Shown here: positions 25,853 through 37,353 of the stretch, piece by piece
Layout of the letters: each line of letters begins with the position of its first letter
Numbering within the stretch: position 1 is the first letter of the stretch
Source: Eledone cirrhosa
Lineage: Eukaryota
Assembly (NCBI GenBank): GCA_964016885.1
Contig: OZ024754.1
Location: 32,302,001-32,366,000, forward strand
DNA: 64,000 nt
Direction of reading: 5' to 3'
The notes under the pieces: model-generated
Database searches by the model: none
Seen by the model: only the letters and a program-made list of their open reading frames with translations
What the model was told of the DNA's origin: nothing
Program-made: the position numbers and the translations under genes

Positions 25853-28039
25853 TTAATTGTAAGTTGTGATGTTGCTGTTCCACTCATATTTTCTATTTAA
25901 TTTTGGTTTTAATTCTTTTATGCTTACTGCCTCTGTAATTTGCCTAAACATTGCGTCTTTCTTGTGTGTGGATTCTATTTTTATTTCTATGCTCTCTAAT
26001 TTACCCCTGTGTTCTATCTTAGCATGTTGGTAGAGCACAGATGATTCTTTATTATCTTGGAGGTCTCGCCAGTGTTCATTTATTCGTTCCCCTATACTAC
26101 GAGCTGTCTCACCTATGTACACTATATTTTTGTTTCTACATTGTCCTTCAGTACATCTTATGCTATATACTACATTTCTAGTTCTACAGTTAATATGGGG
26201 GCTTATTTTACAGGTTATACATTTCTTATCTATACATGAGGGTCTTTGGAACGGGTATGTCTTGCTAATAAGTGTTTTTACGGAGGTACCAGGTCTTTCT
26301 ACTATCTTAATATTGAGATTATGTTTCTTTAGGGCCCTTCTAAATTTGTAGGCTAGTTCGCCTCTAGGGGTTGTATTGATGAACATTACACTCTGGTATT
26401 TATTGCTATCATACCATGAGTTTATTCTATTGGCCTTGTTCTTAGTTCTTTCTATTCTATTCCAAAATTTGCTCCTATACAAGGGGCAGGTCCCATTTAT
26501 GTCATTATTTACCATTTTTTCCCATTTGGTTCTGGCTCCTTTATACACTCTGATTCTATCTCTCTGATTGTAGCCAGAGAACTGCATACGGTGGATGAAG
26601 TGTTGTATGTGTCTCTCTAGTTCTTCGGGGTTGCACATGCGGGACACATTTCTCATCACCCGTACCAAATCCGCAATCAGTATGTTGATTTTGGTATGGT
26701 CCGAAATGGCCGAGTTTCGGTGGATCAGATGTTTGGAAGTCATGGGTTTGGCATAATGGGAATGGAGGATTTGTTTTTGGTTGTTAATTGTATCTAACCA
26801 GAGCTCTGTGTCTAGTACAGGTAATCGATGGTTGGGGTGTCTACTTGGGTAGTCTATAGTAACTCTAATGCTCTGGTGGATGGAGTTTGCTATTTGCTGG
26901 ATGCTTTCCATTGTGTTTTTCTCTAGTTCCTGACTGTTCTTTAGTGGGGGTGTCTTAACTACGATGTTTATATCATCTACGTAGCGGGAGTACATTATCA
27001 GGGTTAAGCTGTCTTCTAATTGTTCATTAAGTTTTTGTTTAAGTCTACTGTCCCACCATACCATGAATAAGTTAGCTATGTCGCCTACAATGCTAACACC
27101 AATGGCTGCTCCTTCCTCTTGGGCATATGTTTTACCATTAAATTTGAACATATGTTCCTTAAGGGTTAATTTTATGCTGGCCCCTACCGCATGTGCAATC
27201 ATTTTCTTCAGTTCATCGTGGTTTTCGGGTGTCCGTATGGCTCTGGTCCACCCGTTCCATCTATCTGTGTGGGTTTTCTTGGCCATTGAGGTAATGGTAG
27301 GTGGTCTGCCTCTTGCTGGTCTTGTAGGGCACAGGTTGCTAAGGTCATAAGTGTCTAGGTAACTATTACTATGGGTAAGCTTAAGTAGAAGTCCCAGCTC
27401 ACTGGTATCAATCCCACGGAACTCAACCTTGCTCTCGCTGATCATTTCGACGCATTTCTCCACAGCAAAATCCACGTCAATAGATGGATACAGGGACACA
27501 ACATCCATACTGCCTATTATGCAGTTTGTTAGGTCCCCAGATCGGTTACCCGCGCCGATTCTGCTGAGGAGGTCCTCCGTGCTGTCACACACATCTGGGG
27601 ACATCTCAATGATGGGGCGTATGATCAGGGAGAGGAAGTAGGACAGTCTGTAGTTACTAGCAATGTTAGCCCCACAGACTGGCCGTGTTGGTGGTCCCGC
27701 GACAGGGTCCCAGCCCGTTTTATGGTCTTTTCGAAGCCCATACAACGCCGGCACGTCATTGTTCCAGGCCTGGAAGTTGTTGGCAGTCCTTTTGTTGGGC
27801 TGCATTATATTTGTCCACATCACCATATGGGCATTGAGGGTTTTTTCTCTATCCTCATGCTCCTGTGGTGTTACCTCTCTTGTGTTAGTGATGTGGGGTT
27901 GCATTGCCTGGATGTAGTTTGGCAGGCTGTCAACCGACATTCTGCCAGACTTGTCTGTTGGAAAGCATGCTATCTCTCCATTACGCGAGCGCTGCATGAG
28001 CTTACGCAAGCCATTTGCAGATTCTTCTCCCAGTTGCTG
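25853..28039 (-). CDS. Second (inverted) copy of the PLE RT + GIY-YIG frame, more deeply 5'-truncated
   Basis: Translation matches the + copy from QQLGEESANG onward except four residues seen (IVGD/IAGD, RRAL/RRSL, NCRT/NCKT, EHRG/EHKG). Confidence 0.94.
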   Translation of the reverse strand, partial: QQLGEESANGLRKLMQRSRNGEIACFPTDKSGRMSVDSLPNYIQAMQPHITNTREVTPQEHEDREKTLNAHMVMWTNIMQPNKRTANNFQAWNNDVPALYGLRKDHKTGWDPVAGPPTRPVCGANIASNYRLSYFLSLIIRPIIEMSPDVCDSTEDLLSRIGAGNRSGDLTNCIIGSMDVVSLYPSIDVDFAVEKCVEMISESKVEFRGIDTSELGLLLKLTHSNSYLDTYDLSNLCPTRPARGRPPTITSMAKKTHTDRWNGWTRAIRTPENHDELKKMIAHAVGASIKLTLKEHMFKFNGKTYAQEEGAAIGVSIVGDIANLFMVWWDSRLKQKLNEQLEDSLTLIMYSRYVDDINIVVKTPPLKNSQELEKNTMESIQQIANSIHQSIRVTIDYPSRHPNHRLPVLDTELWLDTINNQKQILHSHYAKPMTSKHLIHRNSAISDHTKINILIADLVRVMRNVSRMCNPEELERHIQHFIHRMQFSGYNQRDRIRVYKGARTKWEKMVNNDINGTCPLYRSKFWNRIERTKNKANRINSWYDSNKYQSVMFINTTPRGELAYKFRRALKKHNLNIKIVERPGTSVKTLISKTYPFQRPSCIDKKCITCKISPHINCRTRNVVYSIRCTEGQCRNKNIVYIGETARSIGERINEHWRDLQDNKESSVLYQHAKIEHRGKLESIEIKIESTHKKDAMFRQITEAVSIKELKPKLNRKYEWNSNITTYN

Positions 28040-30650
28040 GATTAAAAGGAAAAGGAGATGGGAGACTAAGGACAAAGAGAATAACCAAGATGAACACACA
28101 GACACACAAAATAGGGTAGATAACAACATTGAGCCAGTGGAAAGAGACAGGAGTAATTATGAGAGACATAGAAACAACCATGAAGCTGAGGCTGCTGCTG
28201 TTGGTGGAAATAGAAACAACACAACTAACAATAACAATAGCACTAGTACACATAAAGCAGCAGCCTGGAACTCTCCGTTTTATAACCCCTCCGATAAATC
28301 ATTCGACCTACGACGAGTCCACGCCACGACTTTGCCATTTAACAAACGCACGCAGTTGCCGTCGCAGGTCGATGAACAAACAGAAGCACAATTTAGTATA
28401 GCTAAATCCGAACTTAGAAATATTATAGAACAGTATAGCAAGAAGCATAATAGAATAGAGGCGCAGCAACTGGGAGAAGAATCTGCAAATGGCTTGCGTA
28501 AGCTCATGCAGCGCTCGCGTAATGGAGAGATAGCATGCTTTCCAACAGACAAGTCTGGCAGAATGTCGGTTGACAGCCTGCCAAACTACATCCAGGCAAT
28601 GCAACCCCACATCACTAACACAAGAGAGGTAACACCACAGGAGCATGAGGATAGAGAAAAAACCCTCAATGCCCATATGGTGATGTGGACAAATATAATG
28701 CAGCCCAACAAAAGGACTGCCAACAACTTCCAGGCCTGGAACAATGACGTGCCGGCGTTGTATGGGCTTCGAAAAGACCATAAAACGGGCTGGGACCCTG
28801 TCGCGGGACCACCAACACGGCCAGTCTGTGGGGCTAACATTGCTAGTAACTACAGACTGTCCTACTTCCTCTCCCTGATCATACGCCCCATCATTGAGAT
28901 GTCCCCAGATGTGTGTGACAGCACGGAGGACCTCCTCAGCAGAATCGGCGCGGGTAACCGATCTGGGGACCTAACAAACTGCATAATAGGCAGTATGGAT
29001 GTTGTGTCCCTGTATCCATCTATTGACGTGGATTTTGCTGTGGAGAAATGCGTCGAAATGATCAGCGAGAGCAAGGTTGAGTTCCGTGGGATTGATACCA
29101 GTGAGCTGGGACTTCTACTTAAGCTTACCCATAGTAATAGTTACCTAGACACTTATGACCTTAGCAACCTGTGCCCTACAAGACCAGCAAGAGGCAGACC
29201 ACCTACCATTACCTCAATGGCCAAGAAAACCCACACAGATAGATGGAACGGGTGGACCAGAGCCATACGGACACCCGAAAACCACGATGAACTGAAGAAA
29301 ATGATTGCACATGCGGTAGGGGCCAGCATAAAATTAACCCTTAAGGAACATATGTTCAAATTTAATGGTAAAACATATGCCCAAGAGGAAGGAGCAGCCA
29401 TTGGTGTTAGCATTGCAGGCGACATAGCTAACTTATTCATGGTATGGTGGGACAGTAGACTTAAACAAAAACTTAATGAACAATTAGAAGACAGCTTAAC
29501 CCTGATAATGTACTCCCGCTACGTAGATGATATAAACATCGTAGTTAAGACACCCCCACTAAAGAACAGTCAGGAACTAGAGAAAAACACAATGGAAAGC
29601 ATCCAGCAAATAGCAAACTCCATCCACCAGAGCATTAGAGTTACTATAGACTACCCAAGTAGACACCCCAACCATCGATTACCTGTACTAGACACAGAGC
29701 TCTGGTTAGATACAATTAACAACCAAAAACAAATCCTCCATTCCCATTATGCCAAACCCATGACTTCCAAACATCTGATCCACCGAAACTCGGCCATTTC
29801 GGACCATACCAAAATCAACATACTGATTGCGGATTTGGTACGGGTGATGAGAAATGTGTCCCGCATGTGCAACCCCGAAGAACTAGAGAGACACATACAA
29901 CACTTCATCCACCGTATGCAGTTCTCTGGCTACAATCAGAGAGATAGAATCAGAGTGTATAAAGGAGCCAGAACCAAATGGGAAAAAATGGTAAATAATG
30001 ACATAAATGGGACCTGCCCCTTGTATAGGAGCAAATTTTGGAATAGAATAGAAAGAACTAAGAACAAGGCCAATAGAATAAACTCATGGTATGATAGCAA
30101 TAAATACCAGAGTGTAATGTTCATCAATACAACCCCTAGAGGCGAACTAGCCTACAAATTTAGAAGGTCCCTAAAGAAACATAATCTCAATATTAAGATA
30201 GTAGAAAGACCTGGTACCTCCGTAAAAACACTTATTAGCAAGACATACCCGTTCCAAAGACCCTCATGTATAGATAAGAAATGTATAACCTGTAAAATAA
30301 GCCCCCATATTAACTGTAAAACTAGAAATGTAGTATATAGCATAAGATGTACTGAAGGACAATGTAGAAACAAAAATATAGTGTACATAGGTGAGACAGC
30401 TCGTAGTATAGGGGAACGAATAAATGAACACTGGCGAGACCTCCAAGATAATAAAGAATCATCTGTGCTCTACCAACATGCTAAGATAGAACACAAGGGT
30501 AAATTAGAGAGCATAGAAATAAAAATAGAATCCACACACAAGAAAGACGCAATGTTTAGGCAAATTACAGAGGCAGTAAGCATAAAAGAATTAAAACCAA
30601 AATTAAATAGAAAATATGAGTGGAACAGCAACATCACAACTTACAATTAA
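28040..30650 (+). CDS. PLE polyprotein, 5'-truncated: reverse transcriptase + Cys-rich linker + C-terminal GIY-YIG endonuclease
   Basis: Motifs LYGLRKDHK, PTRPV, SMDVVSLYPSI, QEEGAAIG, RYVDDI, LPVLD; linker CIDKKCITC; NVVYSIRC..VYIGETARSIGERINEH..RQITEA..LN. The ORF-track start at 27951 lies inside the antisense arm and is not the native start. Confidence 0.95.
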
Positions 30651-30938
30651 GGACAAAATGAAAACACACACACACATAGAACAAACAACTCACAATTGAA
30701 AACACACACAAGACAAAATGAAAACACACACACACATAGAACAAACAACCAACCAACAATAAATAAATAAATAAACAAACAAATAGAAAAATATAAATAG
30801 AAAAATAGAAAAATGAACACAAACACACACATACACCCGGATGTGGCGCATGCGCAAACTGAGCACGCAACCCACACACAAACAAAATGGCGTAGGATAG
30901 AAGAAAGGAAAGGCACAGAAACGAAGAAAGAAATCCCC

Positions 30939-30983
30939 AGTCACTGAAGAGGTCACAGAGTGTGTGACGAAAGAACTATGACT
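30939..30983 (+). ncRNA. Minimal type I hammerhead ribozyme motif in the PLE 3' region
   Basis: AGTCA-CTGAAGA-G-GTCACA(GAGTG)TGTGAC-GAAA-GAAC-TA-TGACT: helix I AGTCA/TGACT, helix II, core boxes. PLEs are known to carry such motifs. Confidence 0.75.
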
Positions 30984-31278
30984 ATATATATATAAACAAC
31001 TATCTGGTTGTGGAACCAACCAACCAACCAGAAATTTATAAATTTGTAAATTTATAAATATATAATAAATTAAATTGAAGTGGAAGCAACTGGTGCGTGT
31101 GTTTCTTATTGGCAACATGACCCTCCCAAAGTATAACAATAATGTATATATATATATATGTGTATATATATATAGATATGTATGTATGCATATATATATG
31201 TGTATGTATGTATATATATATGTGTATGTATGTATATATATATGTGTATGTATGTATATATATATATGTATGTATGTA

Positions 31279-31311
<33 letters not shown>

Positions 31312-31521
31312 ATATATATGTATGTATATATATATGTATATGTATGTATATATATATGTATATGTATGTATATATATATGTATATGTATGTATATGTATG
31401 TATTTATATATATGTATGTATGTATAAGTATGTATGTATATATATGTATGTATGTATATATATGTATGTATATGTATATATATATGTATATATATATGTA
31501 TGTATATATGTATGTATATAT

Positions 31522-32131
31522 GTCAGGTCACCAGTTGGTGCTACTGGTAACATGTATCCCAGTACAACCTGTCTCATGGTCGGGTCGTTGGCGACTAAAC
31601 TGGCAACCCCACCAAGGTTTCTTGGTGAGGAGGGTGACTTTGGACATCCTGCAGGACCAAAAACAAAACCTGTCAAAGGGCAAGGGAGCTCTTAAGACTC
31701 AATAGCCATCCAAAATCACCGGGAGAGATGACCCCTTAGCCTTTGTCAAGGCAGAATTCTAGGAGAAGGAAAACTCTGATATAACACCTGCAACCCTGAT
31801 GGTATCCAATGATGTTGACTTGTTCTTCTTTTTGGTAAATATCATCTTGGTTAAGAGAGTGGGACTGGCTTTGTGCAGTGCCTTTGCTCACTATAAAAGC
31901 TTCACAGCACAGGCATTGCTTTATATCTGGAGATATCTCTGCACTTGTCATCACATGGTACCATGGGCCCTGCACTATGTGTCAATAATGGTCACAAGTG
32001 TAGTCTTTGTACCAGAGTTTTCAAGTCGCTGGCTGGACTAAAAAGTCACATTCGTTCAGCGCATCGGTAGGGGTTCTCCTACATGGATATAAAGTAGTGG
32101 CCGTACTCGAAAACGAGTTGGCAGCCACCAT
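31522..32131 (+). mobile_element. Non-autonomous bipartite RTE-derived element (~610 bp)
   Basis: RTE/BovB-like 5' UTR signature CTAGGAGAAGGAAAACTCTGA..AAACC joined to a C-terminal zinc-finger remnant [22 protein letters not shown] (31999-32070) and a short 3' end; second copy with the same termini at 45494-46101. Confidence 0.7.
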
Positions 32132-32276
32132 GTATATATATATGTATATATATATGTATGTATATATATATGTATGTATATATATATGTATATATATATA
32201 TATGTATGTATATATATATGTATGTATATATGTATGTATATATGTATATATATATGTATGTATATATATATGTATG

Positions 32277-32316
<40 letters not shown>

Positions 32317-32698
32317 TATGTATGTATATATATATGTATGTATATATATATATATGTATGTGTATATATGTATGTATGTATATGTATGTATATATATATG
32401 TATGTATATATATATATATGTATGTGTATATGTATATATATATATGTATGTATATATATATATATGTATATATGTATATATATGTACATATGTATATATA
32501 TGTACATATGTATATATATATATATATGTATATGTATATATGTATATATGTATATATATATATGTATATGTATATGTGTATATATATATATGTATATATA
32601 CATATATGTATATATATGTATATATATATATGTATATATATATATGTATGTATATATATATATATGTATATATATATATGTATATGTATATATATATG

Positions 32699-32734
<36 letters not shown>

Positions 32735-32788
32735 TGTATATGTATATATATATATGTATATGTATATATATATATGTATATATATATG

Positions 32789-32840
<52 letters not shown>

Positions 32841-32845
32841 TATGT

Positions 32846-33241
32846 ATAAATCAGGAAAGAAGGTTTACATGGTTTGCTATACAAAGAAGTTTTTAATCAC
32901 ATAGCTTACATTTGTTTCACTGAACTGGTATGTCTAGAGATCGCTATCCGCCTAATTTTCAAAATTAGGCGGATAGCGATCTCTAGACATACCAGTTCAG
33001 TGAAACAAATGTAAGCTATGTGAATAAAAACTTTTTTGTATAGCAAACCATGTAAACCTTCTTTCCTGATTTATTATTACTCCAAGTGTTTACAACATAG
33101 GAATTACAGCATACCCGCAGCATCACTATGAAAACGCATTGTTGAGTCAAACCAAGCCAAGCGTTAATATCATCCACTACCTGGAATACCATAACTGGAC
33201 TTCACCTAAGTGGACTGCATTTAACTATTATTTGTTAATCC
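32846..33241 (+). mobile_element. Mini fold-back element: near-perfect ~229 bp palindrome (32846-33074) + ~165 bp tail
   Basis: Arms meet at AATTTT-C-AAAATT (centre 32960); embedded in (TATG/TA)n; retains a hammerhead-like 3' half GAAA-CAAATG-TA-AGCTAT. Confidence 0.7.
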
Positions 33242-33334
33242 GTATATATATATGTATATATATATGTATATATATATGTATATATATATGTATATATATA
33301 TATGTATGTATATATATATGTATATATATATATG

Positions 33335-33372
<38 letters not shown>

Positions 33373-33666
33373 TGTATGTATATATATATATATATATGTA
33401 TGTATATATGTATGTATGTATGTATATATATATATATATGTATGTATATATATATGTATGTATATATGTATGTATATATATATGTATGTATATATATATA
33501 TGTATGTATATATGTATGTATATATGTATGTATATATATATGTACGTATATATATATGTATGTATATATATATGTATGTATATATATATATATGTATGTA
33601 TATATATATATATATATGTATGTATATATATATATATGTATATATATATGTATGTATATATATATG

Positions 33667-33733
<67 letters not shown>

Positions 33734-33774
33734 GTATATATATATGTATATATATATATGTATATATATATATG

Positions 33775-33821
<47 letters not shown>

Positions 33822-34099
33822 GTATATATATGTATATATATATATGTATATATATGTATATATATATATATGTATGTGTGTACGCGTGCATACATTTATG
33901 TATCAGCTGTGCTTGGGCAAGAAATAAAATTCTAATTTTATTTTTTTTATAAAGTCGTTTTACACGAGTCTTTAATTTTACAGAACACAGAAAAAAATTG
34001 ATACTATTTGAAATTAATCTACAGTGTATATTAATTTAGCTTTTTGGGGATAGTGTCATGTTATTATTGACCTCATTCAGAATATAAGATGGGAAACAG

Positions 34100-34576
34100 A
34101 AAGGTTAAGACAACAAGAGACGATTGTAACTTTCTGAAAGTGTACAGAACCTGAGACAGGAAACAGAAAGATTAAGTTAAGAAGAAAGACTATCGCAACA
34201 AACAGAGGTTCAATATGAAAATAACCAAGAGGCAATGAGAGCTGCAGAACAAACTAGCTAAGAGCTGTGTTTTCATATGATCCATCGAAGGATTATAGAA
34301 ATGATACTAAAGTCGCGATTGGTAGCATGGATATTACACTTGGAATGTGTTGTTTAGGAGGAAAGGTCAGACTTCTACTGGTCGCGGACCCTCCAGCTTT
34401 TATCCATATACTGCTTACAGACCATACTAACGAAGCAACACTTCAGAAGCAATGTTATGCGATATCTTGCGTTTCAGATGACGTCCTTTGGAAATGAAAA
34501 AGATCATACTGACTATGATTATTTCACAACATTTAAAATCATTTAAAATCCGGGCCAAGCCGGGTACCTCAGCTAG
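34100..34576 (+). mobile_element. Internally deleted Helitron: RepHel N-terminal remnant + 3' terminus
   Basis: FSYDPSKDY..VAIGSMD..GMCCLGGKVRL...DPP resembles the Helitron N-terminal Cys region; subterminal hairpin CCGGGCCAAGCCGGG (34550-34564) followed by CTAG|T at 34573-34577. Confidence 0.72.
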
Positions 34577-35543
34577 TTTATATATATATATATATATATA
34601 CCGTAATCTGTTGAGCGTTCTATATAACCGAATACCCAACACACCACACACACACACACATGTTTATAATGAGATATTCGGCCACTTGAAATAGTCAGTG
34701 TATTATATGAAATAATCGCCATATTAAATGCAGCGAGCTGCCAAAACATCTTTGTTTTCCTATCTCTATCAACTGCAAGAGATGTTTAATGCACTCTATT
34801 GACTTTTGAGTCAATTCCAACATAATTGTGAGAGCAGCTCGAAGGAGGAAACATTTCCCTGTGCCAGCTATAGGGGCTACTTTTGAGCGTTCATTTTTAA
34901 TATTCATCACTGTAACCAGCAACATCACCACCACCACCAACGTTACCATTATCACCACCACCACCAGCACCACCACCGTTACCATTGTCACTACCACCAC
35001 CAGCACCACCACCACCACCACCGTTACCATTGTCACTCCCGCCATCACCACAGTAACCACCACCATTAACATTCACCACAGTAACCACCACCACCACTAT
35101 CATCACCTTAGCAACATCAGTCACCAAGCCATTGGAACCAAAACCATCAACTTATTCCTACCACCACCACCACCACCATCAACATCACTACCACCACCAC
35201 CACCATCACCATCACTACCACCACAATAACAACATCAGTCACTATGTCATTGCAACCAAAATTACCATCACACCACCGCCAACACCACGAACAACATGAT
35301 CACCATCACCACCACTACCACCATCGCTACCGCCACCGCCGCCACCATCACACGTGTATCGTTAATTTTAGTTCTCAGGAAGATTCAGCGTGGCACAATG
35401 CACCATATGTGATCAAAGATGGCTCCTTGAATTACAAGTACATCTCATTTTCCCGAACTGAGTAGATTTTGAAGCAACGTGAAATAAAGTATCTTGCTCC
35501 TTGGTACAACATGTCACTCGGTTTGGGAATCGAACTGATGACC

Positions 35544-35624
<81 letters not shown>

Positions 35625-36368
35625 GTGGTGGTGTAAATATGAAAGTAAAATATGAAACTCTGCCACAGATCAATGAAAAAACTTGTAGATAGTTTTAAAC
35701 TTACCATAAGTCTCAATCTGGAAACCCCCATTAAAACACTACATTACAGCAGACTTACTCTGAGAGTTCCTCAGCTGTTTAAATATTTTTTACCCTCAAG
35801 AAGCAAGAGAGATCTTGACAGTAAGAAATTTTGTCAAATATCAAAACAAACCAAAAAAAAAAAAAAAAAATACCAAATATTCGAAAATACAAAAAAAAAA
35901 AAAAAAAATTAAAAATAAATAAAATACAAAATAAAATAATAAGACAAACTTGACAGATTTTAGTGAAATGTTCTTGAACGAGTCATCACCTTCATCTTGC
36001 TAGGATGTGAGTAAAACAGCCTCCAGCCTTTAACTGATTTATCATCTATCGATTACAATATCCTAACCATTAATAAAAAAAAAAAAAAAAAAAAAATAAA
36101 TAAATAAATAAATAAATAAAAATAAAAATAATAAAAAAATAAAAATCAACAACAAAATAACACCAAGACAAATATCGATTTTTACCCCTCCCCTCCCCCC
36201 CACACACCTCACCTCACCCCTACCACCACATAATTCCTCCTCTTTATTATAATGATTCTTTACCAGTTACCACAACTATTATCATTACATTTATTGGTGG
36301 ACCACAGATAGATGTTTTGGAGTTTGTCAATAACTAATTGTAGATACGGTTGACATTGTGATGGTGTT

Positions 36369-37150
36369 GGGTCTCCGTCGGTAACGACGACGACGGTGAG
36401 TGTTCCAGTTCATAAAGACAGGGTCTCCGTCGGTAACGACGACGACGGTGAGTGTTCCAGTTCAGAAAGACAGGGTCTCCGTCGGTAACGACGACGACGG
36501 TGAGTGTTCCAGTTCATAAAGACAGGGTCTCCGTCGGTAACAACGACGACGGTGAGTGTTCCAGTTCATAAAGACAGGGTCTCCGTCGGTAACGACGACG
36601 ACGGTGAGTGTTCCAGTTCAGAAGGACAGGGTTTCCGTCGGTAACGACGACGACGGTGAGTGTTCCAGTTCATAAAGACAGGGTCTCCGTCGGTAACGAC
36701 GACGACGGTGAGTGTTCCAGTTCAGAAGGACAGGGTCTCCGTCGGTAACGACGACGACGGTGAGTGTTCCAGTTCATAAAGACAGGGTCTCCGTCGGTAA
36801 CGACGACGACTGTGAGTGTTCCAGTTCAGAAGGACAGGGTCTCCGTCGGTAACGACGACGACGGTGAGTGTTCCAGTTCATAAAGACAGGGTCTCCGTCG
36901 GTAACGACGACGACGGTGAGTGTTCCAGTTCATAAAGACAGGGTCTCCGTCGGTAACGACGACGACGGTGAGTGTTCCAGTTCATAAAGACAGGGTCTCC
37001 GTCGGTAACGACGACGACGGTGAGTGTTCCAGTTCATAAAGACAGGGTCTCCGTCGGTAACGACGACGACGGTGAGTGTTCCAGTTCATAAAGACAGGGT
37101 CTCCGTCGGTAACGACGACGACGGTGAGTGTTCCATCTCAGAAGGACAGG
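36369..37150. repeat. GC-rich minisatellite, 52 bp unit, ~15 copies
   Basis: GGGTCTCCGTCGGTAACGACGACGACGGTGAGTGTTCCAGTTCA(T/G)AA(A/G)GACA; no spacers. Confidence 0.95.
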
Positions 37151-37181
37151 ACCTCCGATGGCGATTTCGTACACACATGTA

Positions 37182-37353
37182 TGAGAATCGGCTGAAAGGT
37201 TCATAGGCTGACCAAGATTCTCTCATAGAATGACCAAATGGAAAGAAACAATGCAGTTATTAATAATTAGAGATGACATTAACGTATGCAAGATTTCACA
37301 GCTCTAGCATCACTCCCTCATAGTCAGCCTATGAAAATTTCAGCCGACCCTCA
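37182..37353. mobile_element. Tc1/mariner-type MITE copy
   Basis: TCGGCTGAAAGGTTCATAGGCTGAC ... GTCAGCCTATGAAAATTTCAGCCGA. Confidence 0.75.

Larger units (their letters stand above)
25309..31141. mobile_element. Palindromic (inverted partial duplicate) Penelope-like retroelement insertion, Neptune-like
   Basis: Arms 25366-28039 and 28464-31141 are reverse complements (mirror sum 56503 at both the junction and the ORF stops; one 4-nt CAAC indel in the UTR). Spacer 28040-28463; unpaired tail 25309-25365; flanked by (TA/TATG)n on both sides. Confidence 0.95.

Noticed and set aside
27951-28039. Native N-terminus of the 899 aa PLE protein
   Set aside because: This stretch is the antisense of the left arm (the same peptide starts ORF 28280..28552 -), and the listed start is TTG.
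31522-31610. HDV-like or twister ribozyme at the 5' end of the bipartite RTE element
   Set aside because: Some pieces fit (CCAGT/ACTGG pairing, GTCG-TTGG-CGAC hairpin, CTAA), but I could not assign a complete P1/P1.1 or twister core.
36369-37150. CRISPR-like array
   Set aside because: Units are contiguous with no unique spacers, there are no cas genes, and the context is eukaryotic.
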